DNA of 64,000 nt from Mobula birostris (lineage: Eukaryota): contig NC_092392.1 of NCBI RefSeq assembly GCF_030028105.1, positions 6,588,613 through 6,652,612 of the forward strand, in the 5' to 3' direction. A model generated the notes under the pieces. That model did no database searches, was not told where the DNA came from, and worked only from the letters and a program-made list of their open reading frames with translations. Positions 39,010 to 49,422 of the stretch are shown here, in pieces (position 1 is the first letter of the stretch; every line of letters starts with the position of its first letter). Both the position numbers and the translations under genes were made by a program.

Positions 39010-40720
39010 AAAAGTGTTTTGCATTTGAAAAGCACATCCGTCAGCTGCTTTATCCCTTCATCACCGAGGTTACAGAGTCTCAGATCCAACTTTTCCACTG
39101 CAGAGTGTTTCAGGCAGTAATGTAAAGCAGACACGTCCAGGGGGCTCAAAGACATATTGAAAAAATCTATACACTTTACGTATGGAGACACATCAGCTGT
39201 GACATCCGGATCTTGCAATTCAAATAGACAATGCATTAAATTCAGCAATTCTGCCTTGTTAATATCCTGCTCAAGGCTGGTTTTAAACCATGTCCTGAGA
39301 GCTCTGGCTGTAGAAGGAGTGAGAGGAACTGTATAGTTCCACAAATTGCCTTCTCTTCCTGCTGTTAAGGAACCCATGAGAAACCTGGTAAAATTGTACA
39401 GCTTTTCGGTGTGTTCAGGGCGGAATGATTGCAGATAAAATTGACTCAATTGATTTTGTGGCCTCTTCCCAAAGCACCAAAGATCCAGACATTTGACCAG
39501 CTCTACAGGATCCTTATCCAGTAAGGTTGCACAATACAAAGCCGCAAATTGTTCTTTCAGCACCACGTGATGGAACTCAAAAGAACCTTCATCATTATAT
39601 TTCTTTTCCAGAACAAGATTTAAGAGGTACTTTGAAAGCAGAGATTGCTCTATTCTGTAGGCTTTCAGATCAACTGCATTCATTTCAACTTTGGCTGAAA
39701 GCAGGGTGTTGAAGGACAGTTGCCCTACCTTCAGGATGGTGTCCATAAACAATTCATACTCCAGGTCAGTCTCATCAATATCATTGGCTTTACAGTTAAT
39801 CATACAGTAAAGCAGCAATTTAAAAACCGTACTGTTTGTCATTAATGAATCTGGCTTTATTTCATAACAGTGGAAACATCTGTCCAAAATGGTGCACAGA
39901 ATGTAGCTGTTGAGGGGATTAGAAGCCAGGCATTTGATGGTCTCATTCTCCGTAATGTGCTGGTACATTATTGCTGCCTTCTCCTTTTCCGCATAAAACA
40001 TATCACAATATCTTTTCAACCTATCATTGGAAAAGCCAGTGATAATAAGATGCTGATCAAAATGGTTCTTGTTAACTTCTAACTGCTTTGCATTCCATCG
40101 GGAGGTAACCAGCACCTTTGCGTCTCGAAGGAGATGCTTGGATATAAGTTTGGAAACAAGAACGCTTACTTCAGCCACGCTGTCTAGGTTCAAATCACAA
40201 CCCAAAGAATCGCATTGAAGCTGAAAGCCAAATTCGTCAAGTCCATCCAAAATGATCAGCACATCTTGAGGGTTTTGGAGGACCTGCGTTAGGACTGATG
40301 ACAAAGGCTGGCACTGCTTCTTCAGAAGCTCCCGGAGAGTGGTCTTTCCTTTAACCTCATTTAAGTCAGAGAACTTGAGAACAATGACACAATACAACCC
40401 ATGGCTTGGATGAGATGCCCAGTCTTGCTCCATGCTGTCCACAGCCCAACTTTTCCCAACTCCTGTATCACCTACCAGCAGGATTCTCTTCGATGACTTA
40501 TCCTTCTGAAGTAAAGACAGCAGTTCTGAAACTTCCATTTCTTTTGCAATATTCAACACCCCTGCTGTGATAAGGTCACTGCCTGGGTCCTGTTTCTTTA
40601 CAGCGATGGTATTAATGGATCCGGCAAATGAATTGCTGTTCATGAATCTCTTTCGCATCACTGTGCAACATGAACGTGCTTGGTCTCTCAAGATGTATTC
40701 TTTATAATCCTGTATCACAG
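39010..40720 (-). CDS. NACHT/HD1/WHD/HD2 plus first-LRR exon of an NLR (NLRC3/NLRP-like)
   Basis: 570-aa ORF with Walker A GDTGVGKS, Walker B VLIILDGLDEF, sensor-1 VLVTSR, ITGFS, WHD FEFHHVVLKEQFAALY, HD2 LLNLMHCLFELQ and LRR LDLRLCNLGDEGIKQL. Acceptor ctctttctgtccag|CT (phase 1), donor CTTTT|gtgagt (phase 2); 1711 nt. Confidence 0.96.
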
Positions 40721-40769
40721 CTGGACAGAAAGAGACGTTTCTCAGAATTCGTCAGTTTTCTATTACAGA

Positions 40770-42390
40770 TTAACAAATGCTAAAAATGCACAAATCAGAA
40801 ATGGGCATCATTTATGACAGCAAATGCAATGCTAGCATTCATTTCAAGAGGACTACAATATTAAAAGCAAGGAAGCTAAAGTCAGATGTATTAGTATTAC
40901 AATGAAGTAAATGCTTGAGAGAGGAGTTGGCCAGAAGTGACTGGAAAAGAACACTGGCAGGGAAGACAGTAGACCAGCATTGGCTGGAATTTCGGGAAGC
41001 AATTCGGAAGACACAGGATATGTACATCCCAAAGAGAAAGAGGTATTCTAAAGGCAAGATGCCACAACTGTGGCTAGCAAGTGAAGTCGAAACCAGCATA
41101 AAAGCCAAAGAGAGGGCATATAATAAGCAAAAATTAGTGGGAATTTAGAGGATTGAGAAGCTTGGAAAAACCAATGGAAGGCAGCTAAAAAGTTATTAAG
41201 AAGATAAAGATGAAATACAAAAGTAAGCTAACCAATAATATCAAAGAGAATACCAAAAGTTTCTTCAGATACATAAAGTATAAAAGAGAGGCAAGTGTGG
41301 ATATCGGACCACTGGTAAATGATGCTAGAGAGATAGTAATGGGGGACAACAAAATGGTGGACAAACTGAATAAGTATTTTGCATCAGTCTTCACTGTGGA
41401 AGACTCCAGGAGTATGGTGGCAGTTCCAGATGTCGGGGATCATGAAGTGTGTGAAGTTACCTTAACTAGTGAGAAGGTTCTTGGGAAACTGAAAAGTCTG
41501 GAGGTAGATAATTCACCTGAATCCAGGGTTCTGAAAGAGGTGACTGAAGAGATTGTGGAGGCAGTAGTAATGATCTTTCAAGAATCACTAGATTTTGGAA
41601 TGGCTGTGGAAGACTGGAAAATTGCAAATGTCTCTCTACTCTTCAAGAAGGGAGAGAGGCAGAACAAAGGAAACTATAGGCAAGTTAAGTCTGACCTCAG
41701 TGGTTGGGAGGATGTTGGAGTCAATAATGAGGACTCGGGGTACTTGGAGGCACATGATAAACTACATTGGACTACATTGAATATAAAAGCAAGGATGTAA
41801 TATTGAGACTTTATAAAGTACTAGTGAGCCCTCACTTGGAGTATTGTGAGCAGTTTTGGGCCCTTTATCTTAGAAAGGATGTGCTGAAACTGGAGAGAGT
41901 TCAAAGAGGGTTCACAAAATGATTCCAGGAATAGACAGTTTGTCTTATGAAGAGCTTCTGATGGCTACAGGCCTGTATTCACTAGAATTCAGAAAAATGA
42001 GAGGTGACCTCATTGAAACCTATCAAATGGTGAATGGCCTTGACAGAGTGGATGTGAAGACAATGATTCCTATAGTGGGAGCTTCTAAGATCAGAGGACA
42101 CAGCCTCAGAATAGAGGTGCATCCTTTTAGAACAGAGATGAGGAGGAATTTCTTTAGAGAGTGGTGAATCTGTGGAATTCTTTGCCACAGGCAGCTGTGG
42201 AGGCCAAGTCCTTATGTATATTTAAGGCAGAGGTAGATAGATTCTTGATTGGTCAGGGCATGAGGGGATACAGGGAGAAGGCAGGAGATTGAGGCTGATA
42301 TGAAAATTGGATCAGCCCTGATGAAATGGCGGAGCAGACTCGATGAGCCAAATGGCCTAATTTTACTTCTATATCTTCTGGTCTTATGAA
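40770..42390 (+). mobile_element. CR1 LINE fragment(s), decayed
   Basis: 'LNKYFASVFT', 'EDWKIANV', 'GLYSLEFRKMRGDLIETY'. Confidence 0.85.
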
Positions 42391-42459
42391 ACCTTTCACC
42401 ATATTTGTCACCAACAGCACCAGGCTTTTCAGGGAAGAAGTCTAAATGGGAATGCAGAA

Positions 42460-42700
42460 AATGAAACTTCAGTGCAATTTGCAGTTCAGGGTTTTGTCTG
42501 CTTGAAGCATGTTCTCAACCAGCTGCATGTAGCTTGGTGCTCTGGAGTTGCCAAGAAAATCTTCAACACCCTTGAGTGCCTTCCATGTGATTTTCTCTGG
42601 TCCCACAATAAGTTCTTTGAATTGTCTGTCATTAATGATCTGTTTCATTTGTAGACCAACACAAATGCCTTCCTTAATCTTGGCATTAGTTATCCTGGGA
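42460..42700 (-). mobile_element. DNA-transposase fragment, probably Chapaev/CMC type
   Basis: 'FPRITNAKIKEGICVG.Q...FLGN.RAP.Y..LVENML'; family assignment from memory. A partial second copy lies at ~44290-44330. Confidence 0.5.
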
Positions 42701-44637
42701 AACATCTATCTCAAAAATCAAAATCCTTCGCGGAACTTGAGGGAAGAGCTAGGAGAGATGGTGCCAGTGGTTTTTGTAGACCCAGACGACTTCTTCCATT
42801 TCGTCCACGAAACAACTTATTGTTCTTATATCTTTCTTTTCTTTTCAAGGTGGCTGGGATTCTGTCGGAATCCATGATCTATAATTACAGCTCAAACTAC
42901 GGTTTTCCACAAGTGTTGGGATTTTGAACCAGCCGTGCGGCCTGGCGTTTCGATATCTCCAGGAGCAACCTGGAAGATGTGCACCATTGGGGGTGACCCC
43001 ATTCCTCGCAAATTTCGCCAAATAAAGCATCGCAGGAGACTAAAACATCAGGACAGCAGGCAGTGTGCACTACCGTCATAGTCATAATTGGTTTTCATTA
43101 CAGTTGCACCATAAATAATTCAATAGTAATAAAAACCATAAATAATTAAATAGTAATATGTAAATTACGCCAGTAAATTATGAAATAAGTCCAGGACCAG
43201 CCTATTGGCTCAGGGTGTCTGACCCTCCAAGGGAGGAGTTGTAAAGTTTGATGGCCACAGGCAGGAATGACTTCCTATGACGCTCTGTGCTGCATCTCGG
43301 TGGAATGAGTCTCTGGCTGAATGTACTCCTGTGCCCACCCAGTACATTATGTAGTGGATGGGAGAAGGCCACTGTACTCGAGTGATCCCCCTCTCTATCT
43401 CTCGATGGAGAGTGAAAGCCTGTCGGGCATCGAGCTGCAGAAGCAATGCAGAAGGTTGTAACATCAGAACAGCGAGCTGCTGGTTTCCTGCTCTCGTTGG
43501 TGCAGGAGTGATCTCTCTGTTCCTCACTGGTGAAAGCCAGCCTGTCTGAAATACCAAAGTCCTGGGTGATGGGATGTACTACATAATGTACTCTAAATCA
43601 AGGCCTGTTCAGGGGCTTTTGCTATTGGTTGCAAAGTGAGGGGTGGGAGTACCAGTGCTTCTGCTGGTACAAGTGAGGGGAGAATGGGGGGAAGAATGAG
43701 GGGGAGGGAGAGGGAAGGGTCGATGCTTCTGCTGCTTGTGTGTGAGATGGGGAGGAATTTTATCGGGTTCTGATGTTAGTCATTCATTCTTCAGGGTTTC
43801 CTGTTTCATGGATGTCTCTGCGAAGAGTATGAATTTCAGTTGCATACTGTATATGTTCTCTGATATTAAGTTGAACCATTTGCAATCTTTGTAGCTGGTG
43901 ACTGCAGATTTCATCCCTGCAGTCTTGAACCCAGTAATTCTGCTTTTGCCTCTGACAAACCCAAGTCTCTGACCAGCTCATTTAACTCAGACTGAGTTAT
44001 CAGGTGAGGCTCACTCAACATAAAGGATCAAAATCTGTATCAGTATCAGTGTCCTTTTGCATTCCTGCTCATGCATCATGGCATCTTTGTCTGCCTCCTC
44101 TGGACTCCAAGTCCCGTTTTTCTAAAATTGTCTGACCATGCAGCATTTGCCCTGCCTTACCAGGCCCTGGCATCCCTGGACAAGATAGAAAACTTTTCAG
44201 CTTACATTGTGGGCGACATTTTAATTAACCAGAATTATGAATAGGAATAACAAATTAAGGTCATTTAAAAAAAATAGTTTGTGATTTTTTTTCTCTGGTC
44301 CCACAAGAAGTTCTTTGAATTGTCTGTCAAAATTTCATGGTGATTTTTCTGATCAGCAGCCCAAAATTCCTAAGATACACCCAAAAGAATTCAGGAAGCA
44401 AAATCTTTGTTGTCCAATGTTATTCATCCGAAATGATGAAGAGATGACAAAATTCAGGGAACTTCACTTGCTGCCCTAACCCACATCCAAATGCCAGCAT
44501 CTGCTCTTTCACATCACATGGGATATTAGGACAAGCAATTTGTGAGGTCATTATAAACTCATCACTAGATGCTGAAAGACATCCATAATTTTGAAACCAG
44601 GCTGAAATTCATACCCATGTCAAGAAAGTGAAATCTT

Positions 44638-44912
44638 GGGCCGGCTGGTGGCGCAATGACATCAGCGCCGGACCCGGGAGCGGACATTCCCGGGTTCGAA
44701 ACCAGTCGGGTCCGTTCCCGAGTACGCTTTTCATCCGTGCCTGATTGAGTGTCGAGATCGCAACTCGACCTCGTAAAATAAAGGGAAAAATACTGCGAAA
44801 TGTCTGTGTGAGGAGTGGCGCGCCCCGCTGTCTCCCTCTCTCACGCCGCGCCTTGTAAAGGCATGAAAAAGACATCGTCCCGCCAACATCGCACACGCAC
44901 ACACCAAAAAAG
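44638..44912 (+). mobile_element. Young tRNA-derived SINE
   Basis: A-box tggcgcaatg, B-box ggttcgaaacc; 15-bp TSD agaaagtgaaatctt (44623-44637 and 44913-44927); CpG-rich. Confidence 0.85.
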
Positions 44913-45349
44913 AGAAAGTGAAATCTTTAAATTGTCTAGAAAACCTACATCAAATTTTCTAATTCAATTGGATATACTGGGTTCAAGTAAGGGTTAACAA
45001 GATTGTCCAACAAAGCTTTGAAAGGTTACAGGCTTTCATGTCTTAAAGAATAAATAACCACAGAATTAGTTAAGATACTGGATGTTTTCTGAAAGGAGTG
45101 TGCGTGCCTAAGCAAGTCATGGCCTTTTTAACTACTGGTCAATATATACTTCTAAACATTACTGGATTGTTAAAAATGTATATTTTGCGCCTTCTTTCTT
45201 TCAGAAGTCTTCACTTTAAACATTAATTCATTGCTTGACCATATTCTAAAACTATTAATATCACACAGCTCTATGGCTGATTATAGCAGCGGACAAGGAA
45301 ACCACATATACTGTTGTGGGTGGAAACTCTGTGCAATTCATCTCTTTAC

Positions 45350-45379
45350 CTCTTATATCGTCTCCCAGTAAATGGATCT
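45350..45379 (-). CDS. 30-nt juxtamembrane micro-exon
   Basis: Strong acceptor ctgttttttttttcag|AG and donor AGAG|gtaaag; phase 1-1; encodes (K)IHLLGDDIR(A), bridging the TM and NACHT exons in frame. Confidence 0.7.
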
Positions 45380-45959
45380 CTGAAAAAAAAACAGAATAAA
45401 GCACAAGTCAGTGTCTGCTCCTCTGAAAGCATGTTGCATTCTCTGTGGCTGGAACTGGTGGGGAGTTGTAATAACGTCAGCACATTACACTAGGCCTCTT
45501 CACCAGGATAGTGAAGTTCTGTGCCAAAGTACAATGGGCTGATGGGGCTGCAGCCTGCAACTAACGGGCTCCTGGATCAGCTGCACTGAGGACTGGCTTC
45601 GTGGCTGTGGACTCACTTTTGTGAACTTAAGTTATGAATGTTATTTGCCTACTTTATATTGTTTGCACAATTTGTTGTTTTCTGTATATTGGGTGTCTGA
45701 AGGTCTCTTTAATGGGTTCTATTGGTTTTCTTTGTTTTGTGGCTGACTGTAAAGAGACAAATCTCAAGATTACATACTTTGATAATAAATGTACTTTGAA
45801 CTTTAATTTAGCTGGGGTGAACTTAACATAAATGTTTAAATATTTGACAAGGTTTAATAGTAACGTTAGTAAGCTCTTTCAGAAGTCAAACACAATACCT
45901 GTTATGGTGACAGAAAACAAAGAACATTGTTATGTGACCTGTGTGGATCAGTATTGGAA

Positions 45960-46872
45960 GAGCCTCACCCTTTTTCCTCCAAACATAACGATGGTCATTA
46001 TGGCCAAACAGTTCAATTTTTGTTTCATCAGACCAGAGGACATTTCTCCAAAAAGTAAGATCTTTGTCCCCATGTGCACTTGCAAACTGTAGTCTGGCTT
46101 TTTAACAGTGGTTTTGGAGCAGTGGCTTCTTCCTTGCTGAGCAGCCTTTCAGGTTATGTCGATATAGGACTCATTTTACTGTGGATATAGATACTTGTCT
46201 ACCTGTTTCCTCCAGCATCTTCACAAGGTCTTTGCTGTTGTTCTGGGAACGATTTGCACTTTTCGCGCCAAAGTACATTCAACTCTAGGAGACAGAATGC
46301 GTCTCCTGCCTGAGTGGTATGACGGCTGCGTGGTCCCATGGTGTTTATACTTGCATACTATTGTTTGTACAGATGAACGTTGTACTTTCAGGCATTTGGA
46401 AACTGCTCCCAAGGGTGAACCAGACTTGACACCATTTTCTGACCTCAATCCGATAGAAAGTTTGTGGGCAGAACTGAAAAAGCGTGTGCGAGCAAGGAGT
46501 CCTACAAACCTGACTCAGTTACACCAGTTCTGTCTGGAGGAATGGAACAAAATTCCAGCATCTTACTGTGAGAAGCATGTGGAAGGCTACGCTAAATGTT
46601 TGACCCAAGTTAAACAATTTAAAGGCAATGCTACCAAATACTAACAAAGTGTATTTAAACTTCTGACCCACTGGGAAAGTGATGAAAGCAATAAAAGCTG
46701 AAATAAATCATTTGCTCTACTATTATTCTGACATTTCACATTCCTAAAATAAAGTAGTGATCCTAACTGACCTAAGACAGGGAATGTTTCCTTGGATTAA
46801 ATGTCAGGAATTGTGTAAAACTGAGTTTAAGTATATTTGGCTAAGGTGTATGTAAACTTCTGACTTCAACTG
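45960..46872. mobile_element. Sleeping-Beauty-like Tc1 transposon remnant with internal inversion
   Basis: Minus strand 'KSGSPLGAVSKCLKVQRSSVQTIVCKYKHHGTTQPS..' and 'GHNDHRYVWRKKGEA'; plus strand 'DLNPIESLWAELKKRVRAR..KGNATKY*'; TIR tgtaaacttctgacttcaactg followed by TA. Confidence 0.88.
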
Positions 46873-46974
46873 TACTTCTTCCTTTTTGGGATGTATATAT
46901 CCTGTGCCTTCCAAATTGCTTCCAGAAATTCCAGCCTTGCTGCTGCTCTGCTGTCATCCATGCCAGTGTTCTTT

Positions 46975-47670
46975 TCCAATCTGACTGGGAGATCCTGCGT
47001 CCGGTGCTCCCGATGTGGCCTTCTATATATTGGCGAGACCTGACGCAGATTGGGAGACAGTTTTGCTGAACACCTACGCTCTGTCTGCCAGAGAAAGCAG
47101 GATCTCCCAGTGGCCACACATTTTAATTCCACATCCCATTCCCATTCTGATATGTCTATCCACGGCCTCCTCTACTGTAAAGATGAAGCCACACTCAGGT
47201 TGGAGGAACAACACCTTATATTCCGTCTGGGTAGCCTCCAACCTGATGGCATGAACATTGACTTCCGCTAATGCCCCACCTCCCCCTCGTACCCCATCCG
47301 CTATTTATTTTTATACACACATTCTTTCTCTCACTCTCTCCTTTTTCCCCCTCTGTCCCTCTGACTCTACCCCTTGCCCATCCTCTGGGTTCCCCCTCCC
47401 CTTTTCCTTCTCCCTGGGCCTCCTGTCCCATGATCCTCTTCTATCCCCTTTGCCAATCACCTGTCCAGCTCTTGGCTCCATCCCTCCCCCTCCTGTCTTC
47501 TCCTATCATTTTGGATCTCCCCCCTCCCACTCCCACTTTCAAATCTCTTACTAACTCTTCCTTCAGTTAGTCCTGACGAAGGGTCTCAGCCTGAAACGTC
47601 GACTGTACCTCTTCCTAGAGATACTGCTTGGCCTGCTGCGTTCACCAGCAACTCTGATGTGTGTTGCTTC
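46975..47670 (+). mobile_element. Penelope-like element 3' part (GIY-YIG endonuclease)
   Basis: 'CGLLYIGET...GDSFAEHLRS..PVATHFNS..EEQHLIFRLGSLQPDGMNIDF'; terminal gaagggtctc..gctgcgttcaccagca motif. Confidence 0.85.
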
Positions 47671-49030
47671 AACACCCAATCCAGAATAGCTGATCCCCTA
47701 GTGGGCTCAACCACAAGCTGCTCTAAAAAGCCATCTCGTAGGAATTCTAGGAATTCCCCTTCTTGGAATCCAGCACCAACCTGATTTTCCCAATCTACCT
47801 GCATATCGAAATTCCCCATAACTATTGTAACATTGCCCTTTTGGCATGCATTTTCTATCTCTCGTTGTAACTTGTAGACTACATCCTTGCTAACATTTGG
47901 GGGTCTGTATATGACTCCCATCAGTGTCTTTTTACCCTTACAGTTCCTTAGCTCTATCCACAACAATTCAACACTTTCCGACTCTATGTCACCCCTTTCT
48001 AATGATTTAATTTTATTTTTATTATCAGAGCCACACCATCCCCCCGCCTTCCTGCCGATCCTTTTGATATAATATGTATCCTTGAACATTAAGCTCCCAG
48101 CTATAATCTTCTTTCAGCCATGATTCAGTGATGCCTACAACATCATACTTGCCAATTTGAAACAGTGCTACAAGTTCATAAACCTTATTGCATATACTGT
48201 GCACATTCAAATATAACACCTTTAGTCCTACATTCCGGCCGGCTGGGGGCATAGTGGTATCAGCACCGGACGTCGGAGTGAAGGCTCCCGAGTTCGAATC
48301 CAGCCAGCTCCCTTGCATGCTTTCTATCCGTGCTGGGTTGAGTGTCGAGCTAGCAACTTGGCCTCGTAAAAATAAGAAAGCCTGCTAAAAAAACGCCATC
48401 ATAATGGCGTCCCGATGACTCCACCCAGAGTTAAGGGCTTTCTTCTTCTTCTTCAGTCCTATATTCACCCTTGTGGATTTTGTCTGCCTTTTGTTGTAAC
48501 TCATCCTGTTGACTGTAATTTTGCCCTATGTTCAGCCTCTCCTTGCTAGGAGTCTCAGTACACATTGCCTCTGTTTGTAAACCAACTCATCTTCTGTACT
48601 ATCACTCCGATTCCCATCCCCCTGCCAAATTAGTTTAAATTTCCCCCAAACAACTCCAGCCAACCTGCCCGCAAGGGTATTGGACACCTTCTGGTTCAGA
48701 TGTAACCCATCCCTTTTGTATAGGTCATACCTTCCCCAGAAGAGATTTCAACAATCCATAAATCTGAACCCCTGCCCCCTGCACCAGTTCCTCAGCCATG
48801 CATTCACCTGCCAAATCATTCTATTCTTACCCTCACTGGCACTTGGCACAGGCAACAATCCCAAGATTACTACCCTGGAGATCCCATTTCTCAGCTTTCT
48901 ACCCAGCTCCCTAAAATCTCTCTTCAGGACCTCCTCACCTTGTCTACCTATGTCATTGATGCCAATATGTACCAACACTTCTGGCTGCTCACCCTCACCC
49001 TTGAGAATACCAAGGACATGATCCTAGACA
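47670..49030 (-). mobile_element. CR1 5' region (ORF1 esterase-like plus endonuclease)
   Basis: 'LVHIGINDIGR..VLKRDFRELG', 'KVLYLNVHSICNK..VGITESWL', 'GVIYRPPN'. Confidence 0.8.
48236..48454 (+). mobile_element. tRNA-derived SINE with (TTC)n tail, inserted in CR1
   Basis: B-box gagttcgaatcc; TSD agtccta(c/t)attc (48224-48235 and 48455-48466). Confidence 0.8.
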
Positions 49031-49275
49031 TTCCTGATCATGAACCACGGAGGCAAAATACCATGCGATTGTCTCTATCATACCCACAAAATCTTGTCTT
49101 TGTTCCTCTGTCTAAGGAATCAACTATTAACACTGCAGTCCTCTTTACCTCTCTGCTTTTCTGAGCCACAACACCAGACTCAGTGCCAGAGACCGGACCA
49201 CTGTGGATCTCCCATTGTATCTATAGTTGTACAGTTTGTGTCGCGAGTGCCCAGTTTTCTCAACATGTTACTCAC

Positions 49276-49422
49276 TTTCAAGATCTTGTTGCTTCTTGGA
49301 TTTGATTTGGAAAAGTAAAATTGCAGCTGTGATTAAAACAAACACTACTGCAGGTGGAGATCCATAATGTTGTCTTTCTGAAGCTGGACCAGTGGCATCT
49401 ATTCCATTAATCCGTGATGTAT
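49276..49422 (-). CDS. Stalk plus transmembrane exon
   Basis: Acceptor gttcttaatatcctag|AT and donor GAAA|gtgagt; 147 nt, phase 1-1, open. Translation (D)TSRINGIDATGPASERQHYGSPPAVVFVLITAAILLFQIKSKKQQDLE has a hydrophobic span followed by basic KSKK. Not in the ORF track (too short). Confidence 0.85.

Noticed and set aside
44638-44720. tRNA gene
   Set aside because: A/B boxes are present, but a non-tRNA body, tail and TSD mark it as a SINE.
40721-45260. CARD/PYD exon for a stand-alone NLR
   Set aside because: Only CR1, Chapaev-like, Rex, SINE and LTR-like sequence was seen. A highly diverged small exon cannot be fully excluded.
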